This document shows positions 1 to 8,750 of a stretch of 22,480 nt of DNA, in pieces. The notes below the pieces were generated by a model. The model had not been told where the DNA came from. It saw only the letters and a list, made by a program, of their open reading frames with translations, and searched no databases. This DNA comes from an uncultured bacterium (lineage in GTDB: Bacteria; Schekmanbacteria; GWA2-38-11; J061), in the NCBI GenBank assembly GCA_964549305.1, contig CAZJVM010000035.1, positions 1 to 22,480 of the forward strand, given 5' to 3'. A program made the position numbers and the translations under genes. The first letter of the stretch is position 1; every line of letters starts with the position of its first letter.

Positions 1-495
1 ACACTTCAGACGCTTACAGAAAGAGGACTTGTAATAGGAACAGAATTTCAGGGACTTACAAATCATAATGCGGGCGCTACCGTATTCAGGACAACAAGGG
101 CCGTATCAGATAGCTCTTTGACCGGAGACATATCGTCTTCAAGCGAAGATTTGAGGCGCGACGGTGATGGCACCATATACAGCATTCCTTTCTCGGGTTC
201 GGATTTCTATCTGAAAGCAGGAAAAGCAAAGGGCGAAACATTTGCCGTACTGGATAATGAAGAGATATTTTATCACAGGATTCAGAGCTCTACCGACGGA
301 CAGGGTTTGAGGACTCCTCTTCGCGGGTACAATAACACGACAGCAACAGCGCACTCTTCGGGTGATAAGTTTTACAAGCCCGCATTCGACGGACTTACGA
401 GAGGTGCTCTCGGTACAACTGCAACAAATTGGAGAGCGGGAGAAGATATACAGTGTATCTCTTTCGATGCCGCGGAAATTTGGGTTACTGATTAA
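1..495 (+). CDS. 3' part of a Ser/Thr-rich repeat protein (RG..GT.A..H..G beta-rich modules); start lies upstream of the window
   Basis: Frame 1 is open from base 1 (TLQTLTERGLVIGTEFQGLTNHNAGATVF...) to TAA at 493-495, so the TTG at 118 in the ORF track is probably internal. It has three similar motifs: ERGLVIGT...NHNAG, LRGYNNTTATAHSSG and TRGALGTTATNWRAG. Confidence 0.75.
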   Translation, partial: TLQTLTERGLVIGTEFQGLTNHNAGATVFRTTRAVSDSSLTGDISSSSEDLRRDGDGTIYSIPFSGSDFYLKAGKAKGETFAVLDNEEIFYHRIQSSTDGQGLRTPLRGYNNTTATAHSSGDKFYKPAFDGLTRGALGTTATNWRAGEDIQCISFDAAEIWVTD

Positions 496-530
496 AAACT
501 TGTTGATTTTTGTTTTTTAAATTGGATTAT

Positions 531-573
531 AATACCCCTTTCATTGATAACTGTGTGAAAGGGGTATTTTTTT
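531..573 (+). terminator. Intrinsic (Rho-independent) terminator
   Basis: Perfect 13-bp inverted repeat AATACCCCTTTCA (531-543) / TGAAAGGGGTATT (556-568) with a 12-nt loop, running into T7 (567-573). It starts 35 nt after the upstream stop codon. Confidence 0.75.
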
Positions 574-575
574 AA

Positions 576-2510
576 ATGACGTTTTTTGAAAATAAAATGT
601 TCGGCAAAAGGGTAATTTTTTCTCTGCTTATTGTAATCCTTTCGGTTATCGCTTTTTCAAACAGCTTCAATGTCCCTTTCCTGTGGGATGACGAAGGTCT
701 TGTCACCTTTAATTACTATTTGCGGAATCCCTTTGATATTGAGCAGTATTTAACCACTTCGGGTATGCGTCAAAGGCCGATTACAGTATTGTCTCTGGTG
801 CTGAATTTTCAAATCTCTCAGCTTTCTTCAACGGGTTATCATATAACACAGGTGCTTCTTCATACATTTGTTTCCCTGCTTCTTTCGCTGATTGCCTATG
901 AGCTTTATCCGTCGCTTCTTTTTTCCTTTCTGTCAGGGGCCTTTTTTGCCCTTCATCCTCTCCATACGGAGGCAGTCAATCTTCTTCTTGGAAGGTCGGA
1001 TATTCTTTCTCTTCTTTTTGTCCTGCTCTCCTTTTATTTCTATATTTTTTATTTAAGAAAGAATGATGGCTTTAAAAAATCGTATTACGCTTTTTCACTC
1101 TTCTTTTTTCTTATGGGGCTTTTTTCGAAGGAAACGGCATTCTTTTTTCCTGTTGCGTTTTTTGTTTTTTATCTTGAAGAAAAAAAGAAAAAAAGTCCCC
1201 GTGAAATACCCCACCTCCGGAATTTTCTTCCTTTTATTTCAGGAATGATAATTTACGCGGTTTTCTGGTTTTTTATGGTTGTGCGGTGGACGGATACGAC
1301 TAAAGGTTCCTTTTCATCAAAACCCTGGGGAGGGGGAATTATTAAAACGATTCTTCTTCAGATAGAGGTTTTCGGGCATTACCTCAAACTTGTATTTTTT
1401 CCTTTTAATCTTAAGGTCTGGTATGAGGCAACAAAGGAAGTTAATTATTTCGTAATGTTTTCATCTCTCTTTTTCATTGTTTTGTTTATCTGTTATCTTT
1501 ATTCGGGGAAAAAATTTCCGCTCACATTCTTCCTTGTATGGGTTGTAGCGGGTGTATTGCCAATAACAAATATAATCCCGATTCCGGGTTCTATGGCGGC
1601 GGAAAGGTGGACATATCCGTCTACGGCGGGGTTGGCGCTTGCCGCGGCATTTCTTTGTGAAAGAGCTTATTGTCATTTTAAGGAGAAAAGCAAAGGGCAA
1701 AGCATAATATTCGCAGTCTGTCTTTCTCTTATTCTGCTTTTTTTTGCCTCTGCGACTTTTGAAAGAAACAGGACATATGGGAGCGAAACGGCTTTTTATA
1801 TGGATATGATAGAGAAAGACCCGGATTCGGGAATAATTGTAGTGAACTACGGGATGACGCTTGTTAAAAGAGGGGAATACGACAAGGCGATAGAGATTCT
1901 TGAAAAATATATCAGGTCCGGCGCGAAGAAATTTCTTGATCAGGCATTTAACCATCTGGGACTTGCTTACGAAGCAAAGGGGAAAATGGAACTTGCTTTT
2001 AAAAGCTATGAAGCGGCATACAGAATAGACAGGAAGTCGGTTTTTTCGATAGTCAATCTTGCAAATCAATATATTAACAGGCAAAAATATTATGAAGCGC
2101 GAAAACTTCTCGATGAAGCGCTGGAAGTTGAGCCTGAAAATGCCGATGCCAATTACGCCTATGGTCTTCTCTTTGATAGTCTCAGAGAATACAGGAGCGC
2201 GATGGAAAAATACCGTGAGTCCATCAAATACAAACCCAATGTTGCCGATGTCCATAATAATCTGGGACTGGATCTGTATCGCTTCGAAAAATATGACGAA
2301 GCAGTCGAAGAACTCAAAAAAGCCATATCCATAGATCCTGATTACTTACAGGCATACGGGAATATGGGGATTGTTTTACTGGCAAAGGAAGATTACGAGG
2401 GCGCAAAAAAATATTTTCGAAAACTTCTCGAATTCTCGCCCGGAAATTCTGCGGCGCTTCAGTATTTGAAAGAGGCGGAGGAAAAGGCAGGGGAAAAAGC
2501 GGAAAAATAA
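576..2510 (+). CDS. TMTC-like GT-C membrane glycosyltransferase (putative protein O-glycosyltransferase) with C-terminal TPR array
   Basis: Multi-TM N-terminal ~400 aa with motifs FLWDD, RPITVLS, FALHPLHTEAV...GRSDIL, SKETA and AERWTYPS that match TMTC1-4/DUF1736 signatures. About 6 TPR repeats follow (e.g. AFNHLGLAY, VHNNLGLDL, AYGNMGIVL). Alternative start ATG 597. Confidence 0.85.
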   Translation: MTFFENKMFGKRVIFSLLIVILSVIAFSNSFNVPFLWDDEGLVTFNYYLRNPFDIEQYLTTSGMRQRPITVLSLVLNFQISQLSSTGYHITQVLLHTFVSLLLSLIAYELYPSLLFSFLSGAFFALHPLHTEAVNLLLGRSDILSLLFVLLSFYFYIFYLRKNDGFKKSYYAFSLFFFLMGLFSKETAFFFPVAFFVFYLEEKKKKSPREIPHLRNFLPFISGMIIYAVFWFFMVVRWTDTTKGSFSSKPWGGGIIKTILLQIEVFGHYLKLVFFPFNLKVWYEATKEVNYFVMFSSLFFIVLFICYLYSGKKFPLTFFLVWVVAGVLPITNIIPIPGSMAAERWTYPSTAGLALAAAFLCERAYCHFKEKSKGQSIIFAVCLSLILLFFASATFERNRTYGSETAFYMDMIEKDPDSGIIVVNYGMTLVKRGEYDKAIEILEKYIRSGAKKFLDQAFNHLGLAYEAKGKMELAFKSYEAAYRIDRKSVFSIVNLANQYINRQKYYEARKLLDEALEVEPENADANYAYGLLFDSLREYRSAMEKYRESIKYKPNVADVHNNLGLDLYRFEKYDEAVEELKKAISIDPDYLQAYGNMGIVLLAKEDYEGAKKYFRKLLEFSPGNSAALQYLKEAEEKAGEKAEK

Positions 2511-2518
2511 CCGGTGAT

Positions 2519-3253
2519 TTAACCCCGCGCTTTTTTGTATAACCCCCGAAGATAATTTTCTCTTATAGTGAAAAGATCACGGAACATTTGAAAGGAATGT
2601 TTTACGGGGTGCACGGTGCTCGCAGGTGAGTTAATCCACGTGATAGGAACTTCTTTTACATTAAAATTGAATATTTTTCTTGCTATGAAAATAACTTCCA
2701 CATCGAAACTGAATCCCTCGATTCTGCAAAGAGGGAATATTTTTTTGGCAGATTCCATTGTGAGAACTTTGAATCCGCACTGAGTATCGTTTATTCCCCG
2801 CATTATCAGAATTTTTACGAACTTATTGAATATTTTGCCCATTGTGCGCCTGTAAAAGGGTTGATACTGGACAATATTTGATTCCCTCAATCCGCGCGAA
2901 CCGATTGCAATGTCGTATCCGTTCTTTAAAAAAACCATAAGCTTTGCCGACTCCTCGATTGGCGATGAGAGGTCAGCATCGGAAATAAGAATGTACGCGC
3001 CTTTGGATTCTCCGATTCCGTATTTTACGGCAAATCCTTTTCCTCTGTTTTCTCCATACGCGCATACTCTCGTTTCCCTGTTTCCGGCAGAAAAATTCCT
3101 TACCACGGATTCAGTGTTGTCATTGCTTCCGTCGTTTACCACTATAATCTCGAAAGCATTCTTTTTTTTCCTGAAATACTCCGAAATCTTTTCAAGAGTC
3201 TGAATAATGCGCTTTTCTTCGTTAAAGGCGGGTATAATAATCGAATATTCCAT
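2519..3253 (-). CDS. GT2 polyprenyl/dolichyl-phosphate sugar synthase (ALG5/DPM1-like, dolichyl-phosphate beta-glucosyltransferase family)
   Basis: SIIIPAFNE, VVNDGS, NRGKGFAV, DxD motif SDADLS, IAIGSR, DTQCGFK and FSFDVE motifs; 244 aa. Confidence 0.9.
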   Translation of the reverse strand: MEYSIIIPAFNEEKRIIQTLEKISEYFRKKKNAFEIIVVNDGSNDNTESVVRNFSAGNRETRVCAYGENRGKGFAVKYGIGESKGAYILISDADLSSPIEESAKLMVFLKNGYDIAIGSRGLRESNIVQYQPFYRRTMGKIFNKFVKILIMRGINDTQCGFKVLTMESAKKIFPLCRIEGFSFDVEVIFIARKIFNFNVKEVPITWINSPASTVHPVKHSFQMFRDLFTIRENYLRGLYKKARG

Positions 3254-3270
3254 AAAATTTTGTTTATTGT

Positions 3271-5247
3271 TTAAAGAATCTTATCATCGTTTAAAAAATG
3301 TTTTGCCTCAAGAATTTTTACTTCTCCAAATTCTTTTATGAGGTAGTAGTTCTGATCTATATATTTTTTGATAAGGGGAAATTCCATTTCTTCGGGAATT
3401 AAATCCACCTGATAGAGTCCTGCCGTGTTTAGTATAAATCTCGGTTTTTCCTTTTTTAAAGATTTTAAGACACTCATTTTTAAATCTTGCGTTGCCGCGT
3501 CGTGAGTTACGCCGAAGGGCACGGGCATTGGAGTATCGAAAAGGAAATAATAAACGGCATCGTTGGGAAAAACATAAAATATTTCCCCTTTATTAAGATA
3601 GGGAGTGAGAAATTCGTTGATTGCCATTATTCTTTCCGCATCTTCGGAAGGGATGCTTATCATACCGGAATTTTTCGTCGAAATCCTTTTCATAGGAGGC
3701 GACGATACGGTCAAACTACCCTTTAGGAACTTTGATGAAACACTTTTAAGGGATGTTTTTACGGCGAGTTTTCCTGGAATAGCCCCATACAGAAATATTC
3801 CCGCGCCGAGAAAAAGTGAGAAAACAAGATATATTGCCTTATTTCTCAATCCGGTTTTTCCCTTTGAAAGTTTTGTGATGTTTTCTTCGAGCATATAAAA
3901 GGAAAGAATGAGTGCAGGTTGAACAAGCAGGTAATTCCTGTCTATGCCCGACCTTGAAAGCGCGCCTCTGAAAAGTATCATTCCGTATATGGTTATTCCC
4001 GCAAGAAGAATGATTTTCCCCTTTTCTTTGGAAATAAAAAAGTTCAGGATAAAGAAGCACAGTAAAATGAAATAAAGGACTATTGGCCAGTAGAAACAGA
4101 ATATGGTGAGAAAGCGCGCGAGGGAATCCTTCGATAAGTCGGCAAGGATATTAAAGACGCTTTTTGTAATTCCGGGAAAAGGAAGGTTGCCGAAACCGAG
4201 AGTGACATAGTATGGATAGGAAAACGTTTCATTGAGATAATGGGAAAGCGCGCCCTTACTCAGGAGAAAACCGAATACGGCGCATAGGACAAGAAGAAAA
4301 CCGCCCGCGAAGGCGGAAAAAGATTTTCCCGCATTTCCGAAAGAGAAAGCCCCTTTCGTGAAATCACCGGCAAGAATTACGAAAAGTGCCGCGAGAGAAG
4401 AGGCAACTCCCACTTCGGGGCTAAAAAAAAAGGCTCCTGCAGATGATATGCCTGCAAGGAATATAGCTCTCTTTTGCCCGTTCTTTAAATAGGAGGAGAG
4501 GAAAATCAATGGAATCAGTCCGCAGGCAGTTCTCATATGCGAACCGTTGGGAGCTGAAAAAACGGGAAAATATATGACAACGAATGTGAATATTCCGCAT
4601 ATTGCAGTCAAGGCGCGCCTGCATATCTGCCTTAGGAGAATGTAGACAACGGTATATGCGCAAAGGTTGAGAAGATATGTAAAAAGGCGAAAAACGACTA
4701 CATTCTTTCCGAGAAGTCGCATAAGCCAGTAAATGGGGTATTCCATAAGAGGACCGTAAATTGCATATGTATCTCTGTAGAGTTCCTTTCCGTGAAAGAG
4801 GTTTGCAACATAAGAAAGGTGCTGACCTTCTTCGGAGTAGAATACATAATGGTCAAGCCAGTTGGAAAAGAAAAAATTGGAATAGTATGTGAAAATAAGG
4901 GCAGCTGAAATAAACAGGAATATTTCGAAGGTATTGGGAAGGTTTTTTATTTCACAGAAAGATATTTCGCATTTTGAAGTTTCCTTCCTCTTTCCGGCTA
5001 TAATTCCCCCTATGAGCGATAATGCAAATATAAATATCAGTGAAAAAAGGTATGTGAAAGTTTCACCGCTTTTTGAATAGCCCGTCAGCACTGTTATGCT
5101 CACTATACCAAGTTCCCTGGCTTTTTCCAGGTTGCCGTCAGTGCCGGCGGGAAAAAATCTCTGTACGAGAATAGCGCAAAGGGCGGTTATGAGAGAAAAC
5201 AGAAATGCTTTTTCAAGAAGATATGTTTTGTCACGGGATTGTTCCAT
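3271..5247 (-). CDS. Polytopic membrane protein, probable GT-C glycosyltransferase (paralog of 8728..10731)
   Basis: 658 aa with many hydrophobic segments. Acidic loop motif FYSEEG is followed by GKELYRD...YGPL, as in GT-C first external loops; soluble C-terminal domain (YYFL...KPRFI). Confidence 0.7.
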   Translation of the reverse strand: MEQSRDKTYLLEKAFLFSLITALCAILVQRFFPAGTDGNLEKARELGIVSITVLTGYSKSGETFTYLFSLIFIFALSLIGGIIAGKRKETSKCEISFCEIKNLPNTFEIFLFISAALIFTYYSNFFFSNWLDHYVFYSEEGQHLSYVANLFHGKELYRDTYAIYGPLMEYPIYWLMRLLGKNVVVFRLFTYLLNLCAYTVVYILLRQICRRALTAICGIFTFVVIYFPVFSAPNGSHMRTACGLIPLIFLSSYLKNGQKRAIFLAGISSAGAFFFSPEVGVASSLAALFVILAGDFTKGAFSFGNAGKSFSAFAGGFLLVLCAVFGFLLSKGALSHYLNETFSYPYYVTLGFGNLPFPGITKSVFNILADLSKDSLARFLTIFCFYWPIVLYFILLCFFILNFFISKEKGKIILLAGITIYGMILFRGALSRSGIDRNYLLVQPALILSFYMLEENITKLSKGKTGLRNKAIYLVFSLFLGAGIFLYGAIPGKLAVKTSLKSVSSKFLKGSLTVSSPPMKRISTKNSGMISIPSEDAERIMAINEFLTPYLNKGEIFYVFPNDAVYYFLFDTPMPVPFGVTHDAATQDLKMSVLKSLKKEKPRFILNTAGLYQVDLIPEEMEFPLIKKYIDQNYYLIKEFGEVKILEAKHFLNDDKIL

Positions 5248-5253
5248 TTATAT

Positions 5254-6993
5254 TCAGCCTGCGTTAACCTTGTAAACAAGCATAGTGTCATTGACTCTGC
5301 CGTGGGGCCAAATCAGTTCCAGTTCACCGTCCTTAGGGGGAGTTTTGCTTGCCCTGAAAAGTTGGTTTTTAATGATAATACCCTGACCGAAAATGTAGTC
5401 GATTTTCTCTTTTCTTATGTATTCCATAACTCTGCCGTCTTCCAGCGCTTTGAGGGTGTCCGCGTTTTGCGGTCCGTCAAGATTTATAATTTTATGATTC
5501 GGTGTAAAGTAATTGACGATTCCCGTTTCGAATCCTCCTATTTTCGCACTTTCGGGAATATTTTTATCAATCCATTGCGCTGTTTCATAATAGAAGGATA
5601 CGGCAGGAGGGGGATTGAGATAGTCAAGATAACCGTAGTTGTTAAGGGTGCGGGATTTCATAAAGGAAAACAGGAAATAAAAAATTATGACTGCCATTAT
5701 GAGCTTTCTTATTCCTGAAACCAACCCCTTCCTCTTTCCCGGCAAAGCTTTAAGGAAATAATCGAAGAACGCGCCGGAGTATATAGTTATAACCATACAG
5801 ACGGGAAAGTAATACCTGAAATAATGCCACTGTCCGAAGATATAGAATGTATAGTTTAAAAGAATAAAGAGGGCGAAGATTAAGAGGAAATTGAATCTTC
5901 CAAGATCCTGAATATAGTTTAAATTTTTAGCCGGGCCTCTTCTTTTGAAAAAAAATGTAAAAAATGCGAAAAGCGCGCAGATTACAATGAAAAGCAGATA
6001 GGCAAATGCACCGGACTTGCTTTTGCCGAAGAGAGAAAGTATGGCTTTTGAAATAGAGTCAAAAGGGTAAAGGGCGAAAGCATAATGCTTTACTACCATA
6101 AGAGTACCCTTTATGTGTTCGAGAAAGAAAGCGAAGGGCGGAAAGGAGTCAACGGGAAAATAGACTGTTTTGCTGTTTGTTGCCGTAAAGTAAGGCCTTA
6201 TTCCGTTATACATTGAAATCAGGCGCGCTGCTTTACCGCTTGAAGGAATCAATGTGCCGAAGACAAAAAGACTTCTCAAAAGATATGGAGATACAATCAA
6301 AAGGGCAATTGCGGGAGAGAGAAGCGTTTTTACGCCAGGTAAAAAATCTTTTTTGTCCTTATTGAGGAATTTCTTTATTTCGCAAATATATATGCCTGCT
6401 ATGAAAAATACACCGTCAAGGCGCGAAAGAAGCGTAAATCCAAGAAGAATTCCGAAAAGAATGATTTCTTTCGTTTTACCGGCACTTATTTCCTCCTCCT
6501 TTTCGAGATAATAAAATGAAGAGAATGAAAGGAAAAAAACGAATATGGATGTTTCCAGTCCGTTAAAACCGAACTTTATTACGGAAAAGGAAAAAGACCA
6601 GATAAAAAGGGAAAATAAAGCTCCGTGGAAACCGAATATTTTCCTTACGATTTTATAAATGAAATATCCGGAAAATAGATTGAAAAGGGACGTTATGGCA
6701 AGCGCAATGCTTACGGGAGCTAAAAGACTGCTTTTGAAAAAATAAAATACCGGAAGCAGTATTATTATGTATAAGGGCTGAAAAGCATTTGTAAGATGAA
6801 TTCCGTCAGATGAAATACCTATGCCGAGAATTATATTTTTAGCGGTTTGCAGTGAATAAAAGGCATCATCAATCATTACCCACCAGTCAATAAGGTGTAC
6901 CGGGCCTTTTAATAAAATCAGGAGGCGTAGCAACCCGCCTGCAAGAAGTATTATGACCGGTAGTGCTGTTTCGGAAACTTTATTATTATCCAT
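5254..6993 (-). CDS. ArnT/PMT-like (GT39/GT83-like) GT-C glycosyltransferase
   Basis: N-terminal TM, then IDDAFYS acidic motif, FQPLY, NGLET and LSRLDG; multiple TMs; C-terminal soluble domain with IINLDG. Confidence 0.75.
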   Translation of the reverse strand: MDNNKVSETALPVIILLAGGLLRLLILLKGPVHLIDWWVMIDDAFYSLQTAKNIILGIGISSDGIHLTNAFQPLYIIILLPVFYFFKSSLLAPVSIALAITSLFNLFSGYFIYKIVRKIFGFHGALFSLFIWSFSFSVIKFGFNGLETSIFVFFLSFSSFYYLEKEEEISAGKTKEIILFGILLGFTLLSRLDGVFFIAGIYICEIKKFLNKDKKDFLPGVKTLLSPAIALLIVSPYLLRSLFVFGTLIPSSGKAARLISMYNGIRPYFTATNSKTVYFPVDSFPPFAFFLEHIKGTLMVVKHYAFALYPFDSISKAILSLFGKSKSGAFAYLLFIVICALFAFFTFFFKRRGPAKNLNYIQDLGRFNFLLIFALFILLNYTFYIFGQWHYFRYYFPVCMVITIYSGAFFDYFLKALPGKRKGLVSGIRKLIMAVIIFYFLFSFMKSRTLNNYGYLDYLNPPPAVSFYYETAQWIDKNIPESAKIGGFETGIVNYFTPNHKIINLDGPQNADTLKALEDGRVMEYIRKEKIDYIFGQGIIIKNQLFRASKTPPKDGELELIWPHGRVNDTMLVYKVNAG

Positions 6994-7007
6994 CCGTTGA
7001 GAAATAT

Positions 7008-8750
7008 TTAATTGATACTGCCAAGAATCTGTTTATAGGATTCAGCGAGCTCTTTTTGACTATTTATTATATTGTTCAATTCACGGGGGTCGTTTTTTAA
7101 ATCATATAATTCGTTCTCTTCTTCCAAATTATATATCAGCTTGAAATTGTCTTTTATAATCGCGGTACCAGTCATCAAATAGGGATAGTCTTTGCTGGAA
7201 GGATAGGGGTCGGAAAAAAGCCTGCTTACGGAATAATTTCGGAAAGATTTGATGTCACCACCGTCGATCAGAGGGATAAGAGAATTTCCCGCGAAGTTTT
7301 CCTTCTGCTCAAGTGAAACAATTTCCGCCACTGTGGGGATTAAATCTATTAATTCCACGTTCCTGTCTATCCTTGTCTGTGATTTAACCAACCAGGGGGC
7401 ATAAATTATGAGTGGAACATCGATTACCTCGTTATAGAGAGTTTTGCCGTTTCCAATGAACCCGTGCTCGCCGAAAGCTTTTCCGCTGCTCGATGTGATT
7501 ATTATTATTGTTTTATCCATTAAGCCGAGAGTTTCTATTTTCGTAAAAAGTTTTTCTATTTCACTGTCTATAAAACGAACTTTGTCATCGTAAATAGAGT
7601 GCAGGTTTTCAATGCTTTCTTCATTCAGATTTTCAACTCTAATAGCATTGCCGTATTCATCGGGCAGTTTTTTAAAGGGTTGAGTGGATGAAGATTCAGG
7701 TGTTTGAGAAGCATCATGGAGCATGTGAAGGTCAAAATAGTTTATGAACATAAAGAAACTGAACTCCGAATAATCGTTCAACCACCTGAATACTACCGAA
7801 TTTACTTCTTTCGCGTTTTTCCCAACAGGAATATTTATTCCCGGATTTTCCGTAAAAGATTCTCCGTGAATCCTGTTGCATATGGGTATCAAAACATTGT
7901 TCATTATTCTTATGGCATTGTCTTTTTTAATTAACCCCATCTTGCGAAAAAAATTGATAAACGAAAGTTTGTCGAAAAAAGATGGAACGAAGGGCGGAAT
8001 ATTGTCATTGTAATAGTCAAAACCCTGATTCAGGTTTGATGATAAATCAAGATAACTGCTTGCCGCAAATCCCGTGGTAAGATATCCGTTGCCGGAAAAT
8101 AATTTTGTCATTGTCAGTGCGTCTTCCGGCATTTTTTTCTTTGTTTCAACGGGATATTCCGAAGTGAATAATGAAATATAGGAAGAAAGCAAATTTGGCG
8201 ACTGGGATATGCAGTTTTCAAAAACAATTCCTTTTTCCGCTATGCCATCAATAAAAGGCGTCGTATCCTTATCATAACCGTAACAACCTAATCGGTCATT
8301 TCTCAAATTGTCAACGGTTATCAATATGACATTTTTTTTGTTCCTTACCAGTTGTTTTTGCGGAAAGTAATAAGTACCTTCATTTTCCTCATATGTAAAA
8401 ATATAGATGACACTGCCAACGAAGAGGACTGATATGAGAAGAATAATTATTTTGGAATAAAGGTAATTCAGAAAGAACTTTCTTTTTGAAAGGAATACAT
8501 TTTTTTTAAAAAAAGGTATTACAAGACTTAAAAGTATCGCGAGCAATGCTCCTATGGCAAAACCGATAAGAATGTAAAGAGACAGAAGAGAAGCCAAAAT
8601 CATTTTCGGGTAATGAATATAGGGAAGCACAAAATACCAATCTATATAAGCCATTGCCATTGAAATGACTATTACCGTAGTTAAAATATTAAAGGGCCTT
8701 GAAAGATTGAAGTTGTCTCTATTTCTATTATTCAAGCGCTTCCGCCTCAT
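7008..8750 (-). CDS. Membrane-anchored sulfatase/alkaline-phosphatase-fold protein with degenerate active site
   Basis: About 3 N-terminal TMs, then NVILITVDNLRND, TPFID, GFDYY, YDDKVRFID, VPLII, DLIPT and ELYDLKNDPRE scaffold motifs. Nucleophile and metal-ligand positions are altered. Overlaps the upstream gene by 23 nt; exact start uncertain. Confidence 0.85.
   Translation of the reverse strand: MRRKRLNNRNRDNFNLSRPFNILTTVIVISMAMAYIDWYFVLPYIHYPKMILASLLSLYILIGFAIGALLAILLSLVIPFFKKNVFLSKRKFFLNYLYSKIIILLISVLFVGSVIYIFTYEENEGTYYFPQKQLVRNKKNVILITVDNLRNDRLGCYGYDKDTTPFIDGIAEKGIVFENCISQSPNLLSSYISLFTSEYPVETKKKMPEDALTMTKLFSGNGYLTTGFAASSYLDLSSNLNQGFDYYNDNIPPFVPSFFDKLSFINFFRKMGLIKKDNAIRIMNNVLIPICNRIHGESFTENPGINIPVGKNAKEVNSVVFRWLNDYSEFSFFMFINYFDLHMLHDASQTPESSSTQPFKKLPDEYGNAIRVENLNEESIENLHSIYDDKVRFIDSEIEKLFTKIETLGLMDKTIIIITSSSGKAFGEHGFIGNGKTLYNEVIDVPLIIYAPWLVKSQTRIDRNVELIDLIPTVAEIVSLEQKENFAGNSLIPLIDGGDIKSFRNYSVSRLFSDPYPSSKDYPYLMTGTAIIKDNFKLIYNLEEENELYDLKNDPRELNNIINSQKELAESYKQILGSIN

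Noticed and set aside
1-495. Prophage or PEP-CTERM protein call for the first ORF
   Set aside because: No flanking phage genes are visible in the window, and the C-terminus (AAEIWVTD) lacks a PEP-TM-basic sorting signal.
1461-2255. 264-aa minus-strand ORF
   Set aside because: Lies wholly antisense to the TMTC/TPR gene, with no recognisable motifs; a shadow ORF.
4423-4431. A9 homopolymer in a glycosyltransferase-like gene as a phase-variation tract
   Set aside because: The frame is intact (encodes Phe-Phe-Phe), and A/T runs of 7-9 are common across this AT-rich window.
5239-5718. 159-aa plus-strand ORF (also 14055..14540 and the other short antisense or alternate-frame ORFs in the track)
   Set aside because: They overlap well-supported genes and have no motifs or evident RBS.
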